DNA of 64,000 bases from a virus, in IMG/VR virus record IMGVR_UViG_3300004369_000010, positions 1-64,000 of that record, one strand, 5' to 3'. The notes below the pieces were generated by a model. It was not told the DNA's origin, searched no databases, and saw only the letters and a list, made by a program, of their open reading frames with translations. Position 1 is the stretch's first letter; each line of letters starts with the position of its first letter. The position numbers and the translations under genes were made by a program. Shown piece by piece: positions 19,131-28,945 of the stretch.

Positions 19131-22100
19131 TTAGTACCTTTCACGAGCATTTCGTTGCGCGCGCTGAATGCGGCTCATTACCTCATCCGCTATCTGCGCA
19201 GCATCTTGTCCTGGAGCAGCGTTTACCACGATGCTGTAGGAGTCGTTAGTGGTCACCATTGAACTCGTACCACCAGATCCGCCCATATACGGAACTGCTG
19301 TATCTCCAATAGCATTTGTGTTAGGTACCACGTGCAAGTGTCGTGACCCGCCAGCACCGTGGAAGTCGGCAAAACCGCCAGCAGCCTCAACAGCCGACTT
19401 ATACATGCCAAGATTTTGCCCAACGATATCCAGAGCACGACCAGTTGTGTGATCCGACGACATTGAACCCAAACCATAATTACGCAAACCAGAGGACACA
19501 GTGCGCTTGCCCGAAATGCCTCCCGAGATTGAAGCGTGCGCATTCATGGAATCCAGAAGGCGGCTTCGCGGAGATGCAGAGTCCCCAAAAAAGATATCAC
19601 CAACAAAATTCTTTGCTGCGTTCCATCCACCTTCTAAAAACTTGCCACCCTCTTGACCAAAGTTCCATATACCACCCAGTGCGCCCTTGAACCAACTTTC
19701 GTCTTTACCAAGAGCCGAGACAAGTTCGCTTTTCATGTTATTGATGGCGGTTCTTACCTCTTCAAGTTTTGTCAATTGATCCTTCGTTGAGGTATCAATT
19801 GACATCAGATAGTCGATCTGCTCTGGCGCAGTCTCCAAAATCGATGCGACAATATTAGTCAGGCCAATACTTTCAAACGCCCCAGTAGTCAGACCTACCG
19901 CGTCCACCCTCCCACGCCGCGTCCTACTTTGCGCATCAGAGACAATATCGGAAAGGAACGTACCACTCCTCAATGTGTCAATGATTGACAAGAACCTTTC
20001 CTGATCCGTGGCCGAGGTAGAAGTACGCAGAGACTCAAGGGCGGAAGTGAGTTGCGCTGAATCCAAACCAACGCCAACACCGGCTGCTTGTGCCACAGCA
20101 TTAGCTACAGTCTGATCAATCAGCGCCCCACCCTGTTGCGCCAATACTTGATTAATCAATTCTTGACCACCGGCCATGGCGAATGCTTCACCGTAACCGT
20201 ATCCGCGAGTTCCGGGTTCAGAAAACGCTAATCCCTCACCAAGCATCTGCTTCAGTTGGTCATAATTCTTGAGCGGGTCACCCTCCGAATACGCGGCGGA
20301 AGCAAACATCGCAGACTCAATAAAGTCAAGCATCGTACCGCGCTCAAAACCGCTATCAATCATGGCTCTCAATGCTTCATCAACCGCGGCGCTAGTATTA
20401 AGTTTATCTTGTTCGGTTTGAATGATGCCCAACGAGTCAGCAAACGCTTGGTTCATCGCCGCATTAAAGTCGTCACCAAAGCGACCCACAGCAATACCCA
20501 TATCTGCAAGAATGTCCTGCAGACTTCTCAACGGATTACCTAAATCAATTTCCAAGGACTGCGCAAGTTTTTCAATTTCAGTCGTACTCATACCACTGAT
20601 CTTGGCCAAATCCCTTGTTCTGCGCTGAGCAAGATCTAAGCGCTTGCCCATTTCCTGCATATTTTTAGCCATTTTCTCAAAGGCACCACTGCGAAACTTT
20701 CCATCATTAGCGAACTCGCCAGAAAGTTCCTGCACCTCAGCGTTGAAACCGTCTAAAAGTTCCTGTGCTTCAGTGATGTATCCAGAAGAAACAAGATCGT
20801 CAACGCCAGCACTAAAACCATCCGCAAAAGCGCGTCCTGCTTCTTTGGTTTTTTCCTCCATCTCCTTGCCCTTGAGGAAACCAGTAATTCCACCAATAAT
20901 GCCACCGATTACTGCACCTGCCACCGTACCAATACCCGGAATTATTGAGCCGACGGCCGCTCCAGTTGCAGCTCCACCAGCCACTCCGACAAGCGTTGAA
21001 GCCGCAGTACCGCCATAGCCTTGTGCTGCACTGCCAGCAGCAGAGCTAGTTGCAGAAAAACCTAAAAGACCAAGTCCGACTGCGGGTATCAACTTGCCAC
21101 CCGCCGCAGCGTTAGCTGCCGCTCCACCTTTGCGAAGACCCTTGCGACCTGTCTTTGAACTCAAAGCCAAAAGGCCCGCCATGGTAGCGGCACTCCCAAC
21201 GGAGCCGCCAAAACCAGGAATTGCGCGAATAAGTGCTAGAAGACTGGTGAAACCTTCAATCAATAGACCAATCGCATCCAAGAAACCACTAATTGCTGGC
21301 ATCGCATCAAAAAACACTCGTCGAATCTCACCAAAGAGATTAAAGATGTCACGAATCAGATCACCCAATGCCTCACCAAAACGCATTAAGTCGTCTTCAC
21401 GGTCAACCACCATCTTGGCAAAAGAGTTAAAGTTGTCGGCAATACCCCCGCCAATGGCCCGAAAGACGGTGCCAAAGAACTTATTGATAACCGTTGAAGC
21501 GTCCTTGAACTTGTTTAGGAACTTATTAAACTTCTCAAAACCGCCACTAACAGCAGACGAAAAACGCTTCCAGCCATTAATAAAGTTATTCAATACCTCT
21601 TCCGTCTTCGGAAGGTACTCATTAAACAACTTCGCTAGAAAACCAGCAATCTTTTCAGTTGCGCCAACAGTGGCATCAATAAACGGACCCTTAGCAAAAC
21701 CAACTAGCTGGCCCGTAATCGCCATCATTGTTCGCTTGAAAATAAACGTTATTTGTTCAAATGCTTCCTGGAGTGGCCCCAACATGTAGCCACCAATATC
21801 GCCGAATAGAACCTGAGCCTCTGTAGCAAAACTCTTCAACTGGCCCATCAGGCTTCCACGAACAGCAGACGCTGCTCCACTCACTCCTGCGGCTTCAGCC
21901 AACTCACCTGAGGAAATAATCTTGATTAGTTCCTCGTTAGTTTTCTTTCCGCCCTTAGTAATTTCCTTGAACGCTTTCTCAAACTCTGGGCCAAGTTCAC
22001 CAGCGGCTTTAAGAACCGAATCACTTCCAGCACCCTTACCTGACTGCAACAAAGAAACTAAATTGGCTGCCGCTAAAAGACCCTTTTCCATGTCGCCAGA

Positions 22101-22763
22101 GGTAACAGCAAAATCGGCCAGTCCACGAAGGCCAGCAACTGTTTTTCCGGTTACTTGAGCATTCTTGGAGGCGGCGGCGAAGGCTCCCGTGAGGGCTTCC
22201 AACCCAAAGACCGCCAACTGTGAATCTGCCTGCATGGCCCTTAGGCCATTGCTAGCACTTTTGAAACTTCCGCCGTATCGACCAACCTGCTGAGCGGCCG
22301 CAAATTGACGCTGAGCAGCCATAAAGGCTGATACCAAAGTCAGAACGCCAGCTGCCGCGTTAGCAGATGCAACACCAATACCCCTGACAGACGCATTCCA
22401 AGCACGGGCCAGAAGTTGACCAGTCTTCAACAGAAGGTTGACAGAAGAGAGCGCAACAGCGAAAGCGGCGGTTTCAATAGCCGAACCAATCATCGCCAAC
22501 TTGAATGTCTTCCCAAAGACTTTGGCGGCTGTGTTGCCAACCTTCTGTAGGCCGTTCAGTTTATTTCTGGTCTTGTCATACGACTTTCCAGCACGACGGG
22601 TACTCTTGTCGTTATCATCAAAACGCCTTCCTAGATTCTGGAAAGTGTCATGACAATCATCTGCCTGCTTGCAGAGTGCCGCCAACTGGGCCTGAACCCT
22701 GGCCAGTTCTTTGGTATCCGCCCTAACCCGGATCCGAATAGTGACATTCTCGTTGTCTGCCAT
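19131..22763 (-). CDS. Tape measure protein with a C-terminal M15-type peptidase domain
   Basis: 1210 aa, Ala/Gly-rich and helical, after the chaperone gene; C-terminal SDHTTGRALD...RHLHV motif. Confidence 0.85.
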   Translation of the reverse strand: MADNENVTIRIRVRADTKELARVQAQLAALCKQADDCHDTFQNLGRRFDDNDKSTRRAGKSYDKTRNKLNGLQKVGNTAAKVFGKTFKLAMIGSAIETAAFAVALSSVNLLLKTGQLLARAWNASVRGIGVASANAAAGVLTLVSAFMAAQRQFAAAQQVGRYGGSFKSASNGLRAMQADSQLAVFGLEALTGAFAAASKNAQVTGKTVAGLRGLADFAVTSGDMEKGLLAAANLVSLLQSGKGAGSDSVLKAAGELGPEFEKAFKEITKGGKKTNEELIKIISSGELAEAAGVSGAASAVRGSLMGQLKSFATEAQVLFGDIGGYMLGPLQEAFEQITFIFKRTMMAITGQLVGFAKGPFIDATVGATEKIAGFLAKLFNEYLPKTEEVLNNFINGWKRFSSAVSGGFEKFNKFLNKFKDASTVINKFFGTVFRAIGGGIADNFNSFAKMVVDREDDLMRFGEALGDLIRDIFNLFGEIRRVFFDAMPAISGFLDAIGLLIEGFTSLLALIRAIPGFGGSVGSAATMAGLLALSSKTGRKGLRKGGAAANAAAGGKLIPAVGLGLLGFSATSSAAGSAAQGYGGTAASTLVGVAGGAATGAAVGSIIPGIGTVAGAVIGGIIGGITGFLKGKEMEEKTKEAGRAFADGFSAGVDDLVSSGYITEAQELLDGFNAEVQELSGEFANDGKFRSGAFEKMAKNMQEMGKRLDLAQRRTRDLAKISGMSTTEIEKLAQSLEIDLGNPLRSLQDILADMGIAVGRFGDDFNAAMNQAFADSLGIIQTEQDKLNTSAAVDEALRAMIDSGFERGTMLDFIESAMFASAAYSEGDPLKNYDQLKQMLGEGLAFSEPGTRGYGYGEAFAMAGGQELINQVLAQQGGALIDQTVANAVAQAAGVGVGLDSAQLTSALESLRTSTSATDQERFLSIIDTLRSGTFLSDIVSDAQSRTRRGRVDAVGLTTGAFESIGLTNIVASILETAPEQIDYLMSIDTSTKDQLTKLEEVRTAINNMKSELVSALGKDESWFKGALGGIWNFGQEGGKFLEGGWNAAKNFVGDIFFGDSASPRSRLLDSMNAHASISGGISGKRTVSSGLRNYGLGSMSSDHTTGRALDIVGQNLGMYKSAVEAAGGFADFHGAGGSRHLHVVPNTNAIGDTAVPYMGGSGGTSSMVTTNDSYSIVVNAAPGQDAAQIADEVMSRIQRAQRNARERY

Positions 22764-22798
22764 TCAAGGACTCCAGGGCGATGATCAAAAAGGACTAC

Positions 22799-23002
22799 CT
22801 ATTTCTGAGCGGATTTCTTCTCCCGCTCAGCGTTATCCCTCTCAATAACTTTAGCACAGGCATACCTGATCAGCCATTCTTCATCACTGCATTCAAGTAA
22901 CCTAATGGGGTCAGTACCCCATAATTCGCCTAGCCTTGCGGCCGTCTGAATTCTTGAGTCCTCAACGAGTTCGTCTAGGACCTCTTGGTAGGGTCCACGG
23001 TT
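22799..23002 (-). CDS. Tail assembly chaperone frameshift extension (gpT-like, -1 frame, no ATG/GTG/TTG start)
   Basis: -1 frame open between TGA 23003-23005 and TAG 22799-22801: ...GPYQEVLDELVEDSRIQTAARLGELWGTDPIRLLECSDEEWLIRYACAKVIERDNAEREKKSAQK. Confidence 0.7.
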   Translation of the reverse strand, partial: NRGPYQEVLDELVEDSRIQTAARLGELWGTDPIRLLECSDEEWLIRYACAKVIERDNAEREKKSAQK

Positions 23003-23496
23003 TCAACGGTGTCGGAATACCCCGCAGCCTCCAAGATCGCCAGAGCGGCGGCCTCAATATGTGGATCAATACCAAAGAAAGCCCGAACACAATCCGGAGT
23101 AGGACGAGTGGTGCCAGTCATCTCCAGGATCGCATCCGAACCAAATGTCAACGGAATCCCATCCTCATTGAATGCCTGTTCCTCTTCAACAAAGATCCCG
23201 ACTGTCGTGTGAGCCACGACAGCGCAAGCAAACTTTGTTGCATCCATACCATTTTTAGTGTCCTCACCAGCGTTTTTACGCCAGGAACGGATCTGGTGCT
23301 GAGTGATATTCGGTGAAACTTCAATTGTGATACCAGGACGTTCCGGTACCTCAACAAAAACTCTGGGTCGCTCAACCTTCTTGCTCAAAGAAGTCTTCAA
23401 CTGATCCAAAACTGACGGCGCAGGATCGGTGGCCTTGGCTGAGGACGACTTTTTAGGGGTTGACTCGTCGGTCATTTCATAGAGGTTTTCTGCCAT
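22975..23496 (-). CDS. Tail assembly chaperone (gpG-like)
   Basis: Between the tube and tape measure genes; ends VDPTKRS; TATGGT -10 lies 7 nt before ATG 23496. Confidence 0.7.
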   Translation of the reverse strand: MAENLYEMTDESTPKKSSSAKATDPAPSVLDQLKTSLSKKVERPRVFVEVPERPGITIEVSPNITQHQIRSWRKNAGEDTKNGMDATKFACAVVAHTTVGIFVEEEQAFNEDGIPLTFGSDAILEMTGTTRPTPDCVRAFFGIDPHIEAAALAILEAAGYSDTVETVDPTKRS

Positions 23497-23517
23497 GGCG
23501 AGAACCATAGCATGACA

Positions 23518-23542
23518 GAGGGGGTGCCAGTGGCACCCCCTC
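23518..23542 (-). terminator. Hairpin after the tail tube gene
   Basis: GAGGGGGTGCCA-G-TGGCACCCCCTC inverted repeat. Confidence 0.55.
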
Positions 23543-23566
23543 TCATAACCGGGTTATTGCTTTTAA

Positions 23567-24022
23567 TCAGGGAGCGATTGTTGACACGCTGAATGTCAGG
23601 GAGTAGGTTGCTGGCGCTCCAGAAGCCGCGTCACCCTCCGGTTCCGTCAAGCCAACCAGCAGACACATTGGATAGTTACGAGTCGCTTCTGGAACTTTAA
23701 TATCGCAGTTGAACTCGTTAATCTCCACGTCGTAGTAGGCGCGGCCCACCATCTGACGCAACTGTCGAAGGAATGATGAGTCAACATCCCGGTCGTAGTG
23801 GCGTGTAATGGTGATATCGCCAATTTCCGAAGGAGCGCAAAGAACCTCAGGGAACAACTTGCCACCCACGTAAATCTTTTCAACAGAAGCAGTGATTTCG
23901 CCTCCGCTTACCTGAGCGAAATACAGATTGCCGTTGTCCGAACCTGGGTCGGGAGGAGTCTCTGTATTTCCTGAAGGTGAAGGATTGATTGAAGCGACAA
24001 TTTGGCGCTGTGCTAGTTTCAT
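23567..24022 (-). CDS. Tail tube protein
   Basis: 151 aa directly after the sheath; FAQVSGGEI...IGDITITR pattern. Confidence 0.75.
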   Translation of the reverse strand: MKLAQRQIVASINPSPSGNTETPPDPGSDNGNLYFAQVSGGEITASVEKIYVGGKLFPEVLCAPSEIGDITITRHYDRDVDSSFLRQLRQMVGRAYYDVEINEFNCDIKVPEATRNYPMCLLVGLTEPEGDAASGAPATYSLTFSVSTIAP

Positions 24023-24035
24023 ATCTGGCTCCTAA

Positions 24036-25484
24036 TCAGACGACTGATGCCGTAAGGTTGGACTTTGTCACGTCGACCTGAATCTGGTCACCAATGCTGG
24101 AAACCCGGATTCCGACCTTCGCACGGACGAGACCGCCAGCCAACTGAGTCAGCGGGTTAATTGTCTCGTTCACCTGGACTGAATATCCATAGTCAATTCG
24201 CTTCCCAGTTGCGTCAAACGCCTCGTAGAGGCCGCCCGCGATGCGAACCGGCTCCAACATGGCCGTGAGCCGTGCCTCAACCTTGGAGAAAAGCGATGAG
24301 CGACCATCAATTGGCGAGAACACCAGATCTTCCAGCACGACCTTTGAGCGATCAACAACATAGTTGAGCATTTCCCGTGCAGTAAGGAAGCGATAGTTGT
24401 CCTCGTCGCTGGACAGCGATCGAGCACCATAAACTCGGATCTTGCCACTAAACAGACGCAGAGCGTTAACTCGCGCCTCATCCAGAAGATCGCCGTTCAA
24501 TCGGCTGATGGGTGTAACCAAACCGGTAATGAACTTGGATTCGCTCACCTTGCCAGCGTAAGCAGTCCAAGGGCCAACCTCGTTATGTGCTACCGACCGC
24601 TTGGCTGCAACATAACCCTCTGGAGAAATGTTGATGGTTGTTCCAGCATCATTCACCATCTTCACCCACGGGTAGAACATTCCGCCATATTCAGTGTTGG
24701 AGGAAGAAGCAAGTCCCTGACCATCACCAATCGCAGTTGTAACATCCGCATTCTCTGCCGATGCGAGCAATGCCATGCGGTTGTTCTCAGCGGCATGGTT
24801 AAGCAAAGAGTTCCAAATGGTGGATCCGCTCAAGCCTGGGATAGCAACTGCCCCCGCACCAAGTTCTTCGCCAAATGCTGAAAGAGCGTTAATGTAACTC
24901 GCATCGGTGATGCTGGCTCGATCGTCGTCGCCTGCGCTGAACGCTGTTGCGGTAACCACTGCTGGACGAAGGTTCTCTTCATCAACTGCAGTCGCGTACT
25001 TTGTGGCTACAGCCGATGCATTGATGACCGCTACCGCTGCTGCCGCTGTCTGACGCTCACCAGTGTTGTATACCAGATCACCGTTCAAGTAGAACTTGAT
25101 TTGGAATCCAGTACCGGCGTCCTCAACTGCGACCTCAAGATTCTCTGACCAATCTCCTGCGCCAACGGCAGTTAAGGTGATGGAAGGATCTGTGTTTGAG
25201 TCTACGAGTTCAAGCGTGCCAGCGGTTGCGCTTGCACCAACTGTGCGAGACACATAGACCTGCGCTCCACCCTCCTCAAAGAATGTCTGAACCTGCTGGT
25301 GAGTGTGTCCATAACTCACATAATCGCCGAAGATGCTTTCATAGTCAGCGATGCTGGTGACAAGTTTGGCGGTTGATGCTGGACCACGCTCAGTTTGGCC
25401 AACGACGAAAAATGTCGCCGTGGGAGCCTGATTAGCTGATGTGGGTCCGGTACGAACCGAAGTATTTACGACAATGCCCGGCAT
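24036..25484 (-). CDS. Tail sheath protein
   Basis: MPGIVV start; TFFEEGGAQVYVSR, GMFYPWV, RVYGARSLS and LVFSPID sheath motifs. Confidence 0.92.
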   Translation of the reverse strand: MPGIVVNTSVRTGPTSANQAPTATFFVVGQTERGPASTAKLVTSIADYESIFGDYVSYGHTHQQVQTFFEEGGAQVYVSRTVGASATAGTLELVDSNTDPSITLTAVGAGDWSENLEVAVEDAGTGFQIKFYLNGDLVYNTGERQTAAAAVAVINASAVATKYATAVDEENLRPAVVTATAFSAGDDDRASITDASYINALSAFGEELGAGAVAIPGLSGSTIWNSLLNHAAENNRMALLASAENADVTTAIGDGQGLASSSNTEYGGMFYPWVKMVNDAGTTINISPEGYVAAKRSVAHNEVGPWTAYAGKVSESKFITGLVTPISRLNGDLLDEARVNALRLFSGKIRVYGARSLSSDEDNYRFLTAREMLNYVVDRSKVVLEDLVFSPIDGRSSLFSKVEARLTAMLEPVRIAGGLYEAFDATGKRIDYGYSVQVNETINPLTQLAGGLVRAKVGIRVSSIGDQIQVDVTKSNLTASVV

Positions 25485-25619
25485 GTGGATTCCTCCGCTC
25501 CCAAGAGTTGGTTATCCTGAGACTTCTTAGATTGTACTCAATTACTGTGTAGTTCTTTTGGAACTAAGCAGTGTCTTGTTGATATTTTCCCTTATTTCAT
25601 GGCTCCGTAGTGGAACTAC

Positions 25620-26216
25620 CTATTGCAGATCCCTCAACAGGGGTAGAAGTGGATTAATTTCCGTATCAATCTGCGAAACAGTACCAATTGTGTCAACACG
25701 AACAACCTCATTAATTCGTAGGTTGTACGACAAATATGAACCAGCCATCACTCTTTCACCCTTGAGAAGAGTCAATTCTGAATACTCTTCCCGAATTGAT
25801 GTTTCATCTACCTGAACATCCAAATCGTCTGCCGCTCCGCAAAGACTTAGGCTTGGCGAGTCCAGTATTGAGGCGCGAACAACTGTTGTTAGTCGATCCC
25901 GCTTGGCTGTACATTGCTCTGAATCATCGTCTTTCACCCACACATAAGTACGCATTGAGTAATTGACGAAATACATGGGATCCAATAATCCCGTGTAGTC
26001 GTCTCGCTCCAATCCAGTCATGGAGATGGCCACAGTGATGATCGTCGGCCAATGGTCAATCGCGATTGGCTCATATACCAGGTACTTCAGTGGATCTGGA
26101 AGATTCTCGTCATCCAAATTCCATGAATTTCTGTATTTGATTAACCTGCCTGGTAAATCACTTTGGAGATAGTTATTTACGAAGTTTTTTGCCTTATAGG
26201 CCCCTTGCATTGTCAT
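25620..26216 (-). CDS. Tail completion/terminator protein (putative)
   Basis: Position between the neck gene and the sheath. Confidence 0.5.
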   Translation of the reverse strand: MTMQGAYKAKNFVNNYLQSDLPGRLIKYRNSWNLDDENLPDPLKYLVYEPIAIDHWPTIITVAISMTGLERDDYTGLLDPMYFVNYSMRTYVWVKDDDSEQCTAKRDRLTTVVRASILDSPSLSLCGAADDLDVQVDETSIREEYSELTLLKGERVMAGSYLSYNLRINEVVRVDTIGTVSQIDTEINPLLPLLRDLQ

Positions 26217-26650
26217 GTCATTCTCCCCCTAACCACATATTTAGCGGCCTTCTCGGAGATTTCACGCGAAAAGCCTGGAGGATCAAAAACGATCTTTCTT
26301 GCTGGCATTTTGGTGGTTCCGTACTGATGAAACTTTGCGTACTCAACATTTGTACCGAACTGAGCCCACGAAGGGGTGATCACATTTGGCGCACCCCGCA
26401 AAGATGCGAGGCTACTAAATAACTTACCTGTGCGTATCATGAGTGGCCACGCATAAAAATCACGTCGGGGTTTCCACCCGCCCACAGGAAGACCCCCAGT
26501 AGTAAAGTTTTCCGAATTAGCCCGTTCCAACATGCGGCGGGCCTCTGAAAATACAGGCATAAAATTCTTGGATCGATTCTGCATGGCCTCTAGCCGAGCC
26601 AAGGCTTTGCCTGCGTCACAATCAATCTCAACACGAACAGATTTAGCCAT
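26213..26650 (-). CDS. Virion morphogenesis / neck protein (Mu gpG, P2 gpS-like)
   Basis: LMIRTGKLFSSL...FGTNVEYAKFHQYGTTKMPAR. Confidence 0.8.
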   Translation of the reverse strand: MAKSVRVEIDCDAGKALARLEAMQNRSKNFMPVFSEARRMLERANSENFTTGGLPVGGWKPRRDFYAWPLMIRTGKLFSSLASLRGAPNVITPSWAQFGTNVEYAKFHQYGTTKMPARKIVFDPPGFSREISEKAAKYVVRGRMT

Positions 26651-27279
26651 CAGGAAACTCTGACCCTCCTCCATCGGCGGAATGAGGCTATTTCTTCTGG
26701 CGTAAAGCCGGTTGTCAAAGGTGCAGTATTGCGTGTCTCCAGATCCCTGATACCCACGACATCATCATGCATATTCTGCATTTCTCGTGCTGCTGCACGC
26801 AAAATTGCCAATCGCATCATCTTGATAGCAGATCCGTCCAATCCAGCCGAATATACGATCTGAACCGTGTCGTTCGCAAAAGTACGATAAATGTCAACAC
26901 CGTAACGACGAACGATAAAGTCAGTACCTTCAGTCAACGTCACGGGATCTCCGCCTGGAGTCGGGCCAGTAACAACAATTGAAGAGACGCTATGAACTGG
27001 AGAATTTCTCAAATACACCGTGTACGGAGGCTGAAGAAACGAAAGCACATTGCCAGTCGTATCCAAAGAGTAGTCATAGAAAAACGATGAGTTGGGAATG
27101 CCTACATTATTTGATTCAACTTTATAAGACTCGTTAAATGTTTCTATTTCAACAGGTCGGCGAAGGTAGGCTTCAAGTTCACTTTGCAAGCCCTCCAACA
27201 CATACCCGGCTGCGTGACCTTGCCGATTGCTGAACTTGATGTCCATATACCGTTCAAGTTCTTGGCTTGTTACCAGCAT
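26650..27279 (-). CDS. Head-tail adaptor protein
   Basis: MLVTSQELERYM...LEAYLRR...VQIVYSAG...FRRWRR pattern; position. Confidence 0.65.
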   Translation of the reverse strand: MLVTSQELERYMDIKFSNRQGHAAGYVLEGLQSELEAYLRRPVEIETFNESYKVESNNVGIPNSSFFYDYSLDTTGNVLSFLQPPYTVYLRNSPVHSVSSIVVTGPTPGGDPVTLTEGTDFIVRRYGVDIYRTFANDTVQIVYSAGLDGSAIKMMRLAILRAAAREMQNMHDDVVGIRDLETRNTAPLTTGFTPEEIASFRRWRRVRVS

Positions 27280-27298
27280 TTTTTCGTCCTCAGAAAGC

Positions 27299-27331
27299 AA
27301 GATAGGAAGGGCATTTTGCCCTCCCTATCTT
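27299..27331 (-). terminator. Hairpin downstream of the ARH-phosphatase gene
   Basis: AAGATAGGAAGGGCA-TTT-TGCCCTCCCTATCTT. Confidence 0.6.
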
Positions 27332-27352
27332 ACAACTTTGCTAAGTGCCTAA

Positions 27353-28906
27353 TCAGAAGGTGTTCAGAAAAGCCGTAAATTGCTCGTTACCTGCGGGATC
27401 ATACAGGGGCCATTGCTCAGCAAGCCAACTATGCGCCTCCGCATGAGTCTTGCCATAACGCTTCATATACCAGGCTTTCAGGATGAAGCCAGTTCGGCTA
27501 CGGCCAGCATGGCAATGAACAAGAACATCACGACCCTCACTCAACCAAGCATCAATAGTCTGAAGACAATCCCAAACAACCAGACCCAACTCGTGGTTGT
27601 CAACAGAGTTATCAATCAAGTAGATCTCTCGCCTAACAGGAACATGATCAATATGCCCGAATGTTCGGCACAATGACAAAACAGCCGTATCCGGGCTAAC
27701 AGTTTTTGCTCCCCCCAAATTTGACGCGTAGACTCCAGTAGCGTCCACCTTGGCAGGTAGAGCAACAGGCTCTTCCAATGTCTGAGGAACAACGTTTAAG
27801 TTGATCAGGCTTCTAGCAATATCACTTAACTTGGCGTAATTATATGCAAGCCGCGAAGGACGCTTATCCCCCTTTTCATTGAATGGAGAATCAACATGAC
27901 CATTCAGATATGTCGTGAAACGAGAAGGGATCGCTTGAATCCCGTACAGCGATCCAGCCAGCGCGCCAGCAACACACGCTACAGTATCGGTATCTCCGCC
28001 CAAGTTAATTGCTGACACGACTGCATTTTCAAATCTTTCACTGAGCGGTATACCAAATTCGGAATTTTTTACAGCCCAGTACGCTTGCGCAAGACAAACC
28101 CACGCTGAACCATTTGAACCTTCAAGCAAGGCTGAATTGGGTTCATCAGGTGAATAATCTTCTAGGATTGAATACGCAAAGGTGATCGGATCACAATCAA
28201 CCGATTCCTCAATGTAGTCGTATGTTTTAGATTGGGTCATTGCATCAATTGCGGCTTCCATCATTCCGTATGCTGAAACCGCATCTCCAACAATTGCTGA
28301 TCGAATCATGGTCGCAGCAAGACCGGCACACAGCGCTCCGCGGACGTCATAATGAGTCAAGCGCGCTTGGCGAAACGCAACAGAAAATGTGTCTGCAGCG
28401 CTGTAACGGGAACCCCAAATTCCAATTGGGCTTACTCGCATCACCGATCCGTTGCCTCCACTTGCACCACGCTTTGCGTGACCTATGGCAGCAGCGTCTA
28501 TATAGTTGTGTCCACTGTACAAAGCGCTGGCTGTAGTCGTTCCAACATCGCGCGCTGTTTTCGCCCAATGAACAAACCGGTTAAATATGTCATCAGGGCT
28601 GTAGGAAAGATTATTGGCAATCAATGATTCGGCAATACACAATGCCATCTGCGTATCATCAGTGAACTCGGCGGGTTTCCAGCCGAAACCGCCACCGCCA
28701 ACCATCTGCCCAATACCACCGTGTTTTCCTAATCCGGGGAATTTGTCATATTGGTTTGCTGGACCAAACTCAAACGGTGCGCCCAGAGCATCGCCAACAG
28801 CTTGACCCACTAAAGCGCCTATCGCAAAGGGCTTGTACTCATGTAGGTCATCATTAGTAATTCGTTTTGGGGATGGGGATTTAAATGTAGTTTCAAGTAA
28901 TGTCAT
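27353..28906 (-). CDS. ADP-ribosylglycohydrolase (DraG/ARH family) fused to a CX5R dual-specificity-type phosphatase
   Basis: GDALGAPFEF, FTDDTQM, GNGSVMR and GGDTDTVACVAGALAG ARH motifs; C-terminal VLVHCHAGRSRT P-loop. Confidence 0.92.
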   Translation of the reverse strand: MTLLETTFKSPSPKRITNDDLHEYKPFAIGALVGQAVGDALGAPFEFGPANQYDKFPGLGKHGGIGQMVGGGGFGWKPAEFTDDTQMALCIAESLIANNLSYSPDDIFNRFVHWAKTARDVGTTTASALYSGHNYIDAAAIGHAKRGASGGNGSVMRVSPIGIWGSRYSAADTFSVAFRQARLTHYDVRGALCAGLAATMIRSAIVGDAVSAYGMMEAAIDAMTQSKTYDYIEESVDCDPITFAYSILEDYSPDEPNSALLEGSNGSAWVCLAQAYWAVKNSEFGIPLSERFENAVVSAINLGGDTDTVACVAGALAGSLYGIQAIPSRFTTYLNGHVDSPFNEKGDKRPSRLAYNYAKLSDIARSLINLNVVPQTLEEPVALPAKVDATGVYASNLGGAKTVSPDTAVLSLCRTFGHIDHVPVRREIYLIDNSVDNHELGLVVWDCLQTIDAWLSEGRDVLVHCHAGRSRTGFILKAWYMKRYGKTHAEAHSWLAEQWPLYDPAGNEQFTAFLNTF

Positions 28907-28941
28907 GTCAACATGATAGTTGCGAGGACAGGCTTTGACAA
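28907..28941 (-). promoter_or_regulatory. SigmaA-type leaderless promoter for the ARH-phosphatase gene
   Basis: TTGTCA-17 bp-TATCAT, then 6 nt to ATG 28906. Confidence 0.65.
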
Positions 28942-28945
28942 CTTT

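Noticed and set aside
19249-22726. Plus-strand ORFs up to 231 aa inside the tape measure gene
   Set aside because: Antisense shadows of Ala/Gly-rich coding sequence, with no RBS or motifs.
24036-25484. Sheath, tube and baseplate genes as a tailocin or extracellular contractile injection system
   Set aside because: Terminase, portal and head-tail adaptor genes are present, indicating a true phage.
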